NCBI GenBank assembly: GCA_001661245.1
Contig: KV454011.1
Span: 2,406,987 to 2,470,986, forward strand
Direction of reading: 5' to 3'
DNA: 64,000 nucleotides
DNA from: Pachysolen tannophilus NRRL Y-2460
Lineage: Eukaryota
Of the stretch, positions 62,388 to 64,000 are shown piece after piece. Below the pieces are notes generated by a model that saw nothing but the letters and a program-made list of their open reading frames with translations, did no database searches and had not been told where the DNA came from. The stretch's first letter is position 1, and each line of letters opens with the position of its first letter. A program made the translations under genes and the position numbers.

Positions 62388-63444
62388 AAAAAAAAAAAAA
62401 AAATAAAAAAAAAAATTTTTTTTTTTTTTTTAAGTTTTCCGCTCTTTTCAACCGAAGTCGAAATCAACATTTTAAAAAGTAATTCATCTTTAAGATTCGG
62501 ATTCAAATGAGTGTTTTCAGTTGAACTATATGTGAATCAAAGTAACAGTAGTTATTGAATAAATACTCTTGAAACATTTCCTTAATTTCGAACAAGAATC
62601 ATTTTTAGTTGAATAATGGTTGATTTTTCTTATAATTATGTCTCTGCAGATGCTGTACTAAATGTTTTTTCAGCTTTTGTTGCTGACAAACTTTTCTTTA
62701 AATATTAAGCATTTGGTCTCGAATTTTATAACAACTCATTCAGTTATACAAAGCTATCTGAATAGTCTCTTACTAACAATCCATTGATTTTAGTTCCGTT
62801 TCTTCTGTTTGAATCGAGAATTTCATCATGTAAAAATGATAAATGTACTTTTTATCATAAAAATCCGCAGAAAATGCGGCTGTGATCTAATTAGCTTGTT
62901 CTCTGGTCTAGACTATTTTCTTTTGATAGATGGAGTTTGCAAGAATTAAAGCTTAGATGATATTATGATTATGAGTTGGAAAAGTTTAGCTTAAAAGTGG
63001 AAAGATAAAAACAGATAAAAAATGACAGAGCTAAAAAATGAATGAGGCAACTTTTATGATGTAAAAACTCAGAACAAGAAATTTAGCTTTAATTTGTAGG
63101 ATGAAACAAGAAACAGACGTTCAGATACAAACCAAATTTGAATTAATAGTTTGAAAGTAATTTCTATTTTTTCAATTGGACTGTTCTAGATCTACTAGAG
63201 CAACTAAGACCAATGATTCAACTCCATTTACTTACCTATAGATATGTATAGAAAGAAAGCAAAGAAAAGAAAGAAAAATAAAAAATAAAAAAGTAAAAGG
63301 ACACATAAAAGAAAACAATTTAACGATGAATAGTTTTTTTTTTTTTTTTTTTATTTTAAATAAAGTTAATTGTCATAATCTCAGAAACTTATTTTGAGTC
63401 TGATATTTTCTGAATCCGTAAAATTTGAATTTTTAAGATAGTAT

Positions 63445-64000
63445 TTAAGAATTTGAAGGAGCTTTTACCTGTGCAACGTTTATGCTTTTTGAGCCCCATT
63501 CTTTCAAGTTATCTAATAGCGTTCCTTTTTCATGCAACAGATGAATATCATCAGAACCACCACGTGAAACTCCGTTTATGACTAAATTTGGAACAGTTTT
63601 TCTACCTGTTATTTGAGCAATATATTTTTGTAAATCCAGGCCATTTTTATGTTTATCTAATTCAACAATTGTAGGTAAAGGTGTGATTTCATACTGTTTT
63701 TGTAACAAATTTTTCAAAGCTTTTGAATATGGACAATACGTCTTACTAAAAATCACTACTGGTGAAATCTTCAAAATACCCGTATATTCCTTTTCAGCAT
63801 TAAATTCAGAAGTAACTTCTCCTTCTTTATTATTAACCATATTCTTATTATCTACAAGTACATCATCACCACTCTGAGCAATTGGGCGAGATACTCCTAA
63901 TTTTTGACGTACTTCTTCTGCATCTTTAACTCTACTTTCATCAATTTCACCTTTCTCATTTTTAACAACTTCATTCAAATTCGAATTAACCTTTGGATTT
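63445..64000 (-). CDS. Monothiol glutaredoxin, Grx6/Grx7-like, 3' part (start lies beyond the right edge)
   Basis: SPVVIFSKTYCPYSK (CPYS active site), TGRKTVPNL.ING..RGG.DD. The frame stays open to the window edge, consistent with a long N-terminal extension. Confidence 0.88.
   Translation of the reverse strand, partial: NPKVNSNLNEVVKNEKGEIDESRVKDAEEVRQKLGVSRPIAQSGDDVLVDNKNMVNNKEGEVTSEFNAEKEYTGILKISPVVIFSKTYCPYSKALKNLLQKQYEITPLPTIVELDKHKNGLDLQKYIAQITGRKTVPNLVINGVSRGGSDDIHLLHEKGTLLDNLKEWGSKSINVAQVKAPSNS

Overview
Gene-dense, AT-rich budding-yeast (Saccharomycotina) chromosomal DNA from a draft assembly, with one N-gap and many long homopolymers. It holds about 29 recognisable protein-coding genes and one intronless tRNA-Ser(GCT). 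Named genes include RNR1 (5' part), VPS15, SOG2, STP3/4-like, ELO3, ROM2, ARC18, a type I myosin, MRE11, RPS11, REB1-like, SEC5, PEP3, SMD3, CDC37, TAF10, GLR1, ILV6, DPH5 and GRX6/7-like (3' part). Three spliced genes are missed or truncated by the ORF track. In-frame CTG codons repeatedly fall at alanine-like positions, pointing to the CUG-Ala code of the Pachysolen/Nakazawaea lineage. The most unusual structure is at 33.8-43.0 kb. Two same-strand copies of a DUF4451/Rua1-like zinc-finger gene are identical over about 810 bp but diverged at their ends. A ~200-bp inverted copy of copy 2's promoter and start codon sits just downstream of copy 1, so a three-gene ~6.7-kb block is bracketed by both direct and inverted repeats. 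Other observations are a shared promoter motif module at polarity/actin genes, an AGAA-capped long hairpin 3' of RPS11, a missing in-frame ATG for ELO3, a homopolymer frameshift in the STP3-like gene, and a probably artefactual DPH5 duplication at the gap. All family and gene assignments are from recognition of sequence motifs, not database searches.
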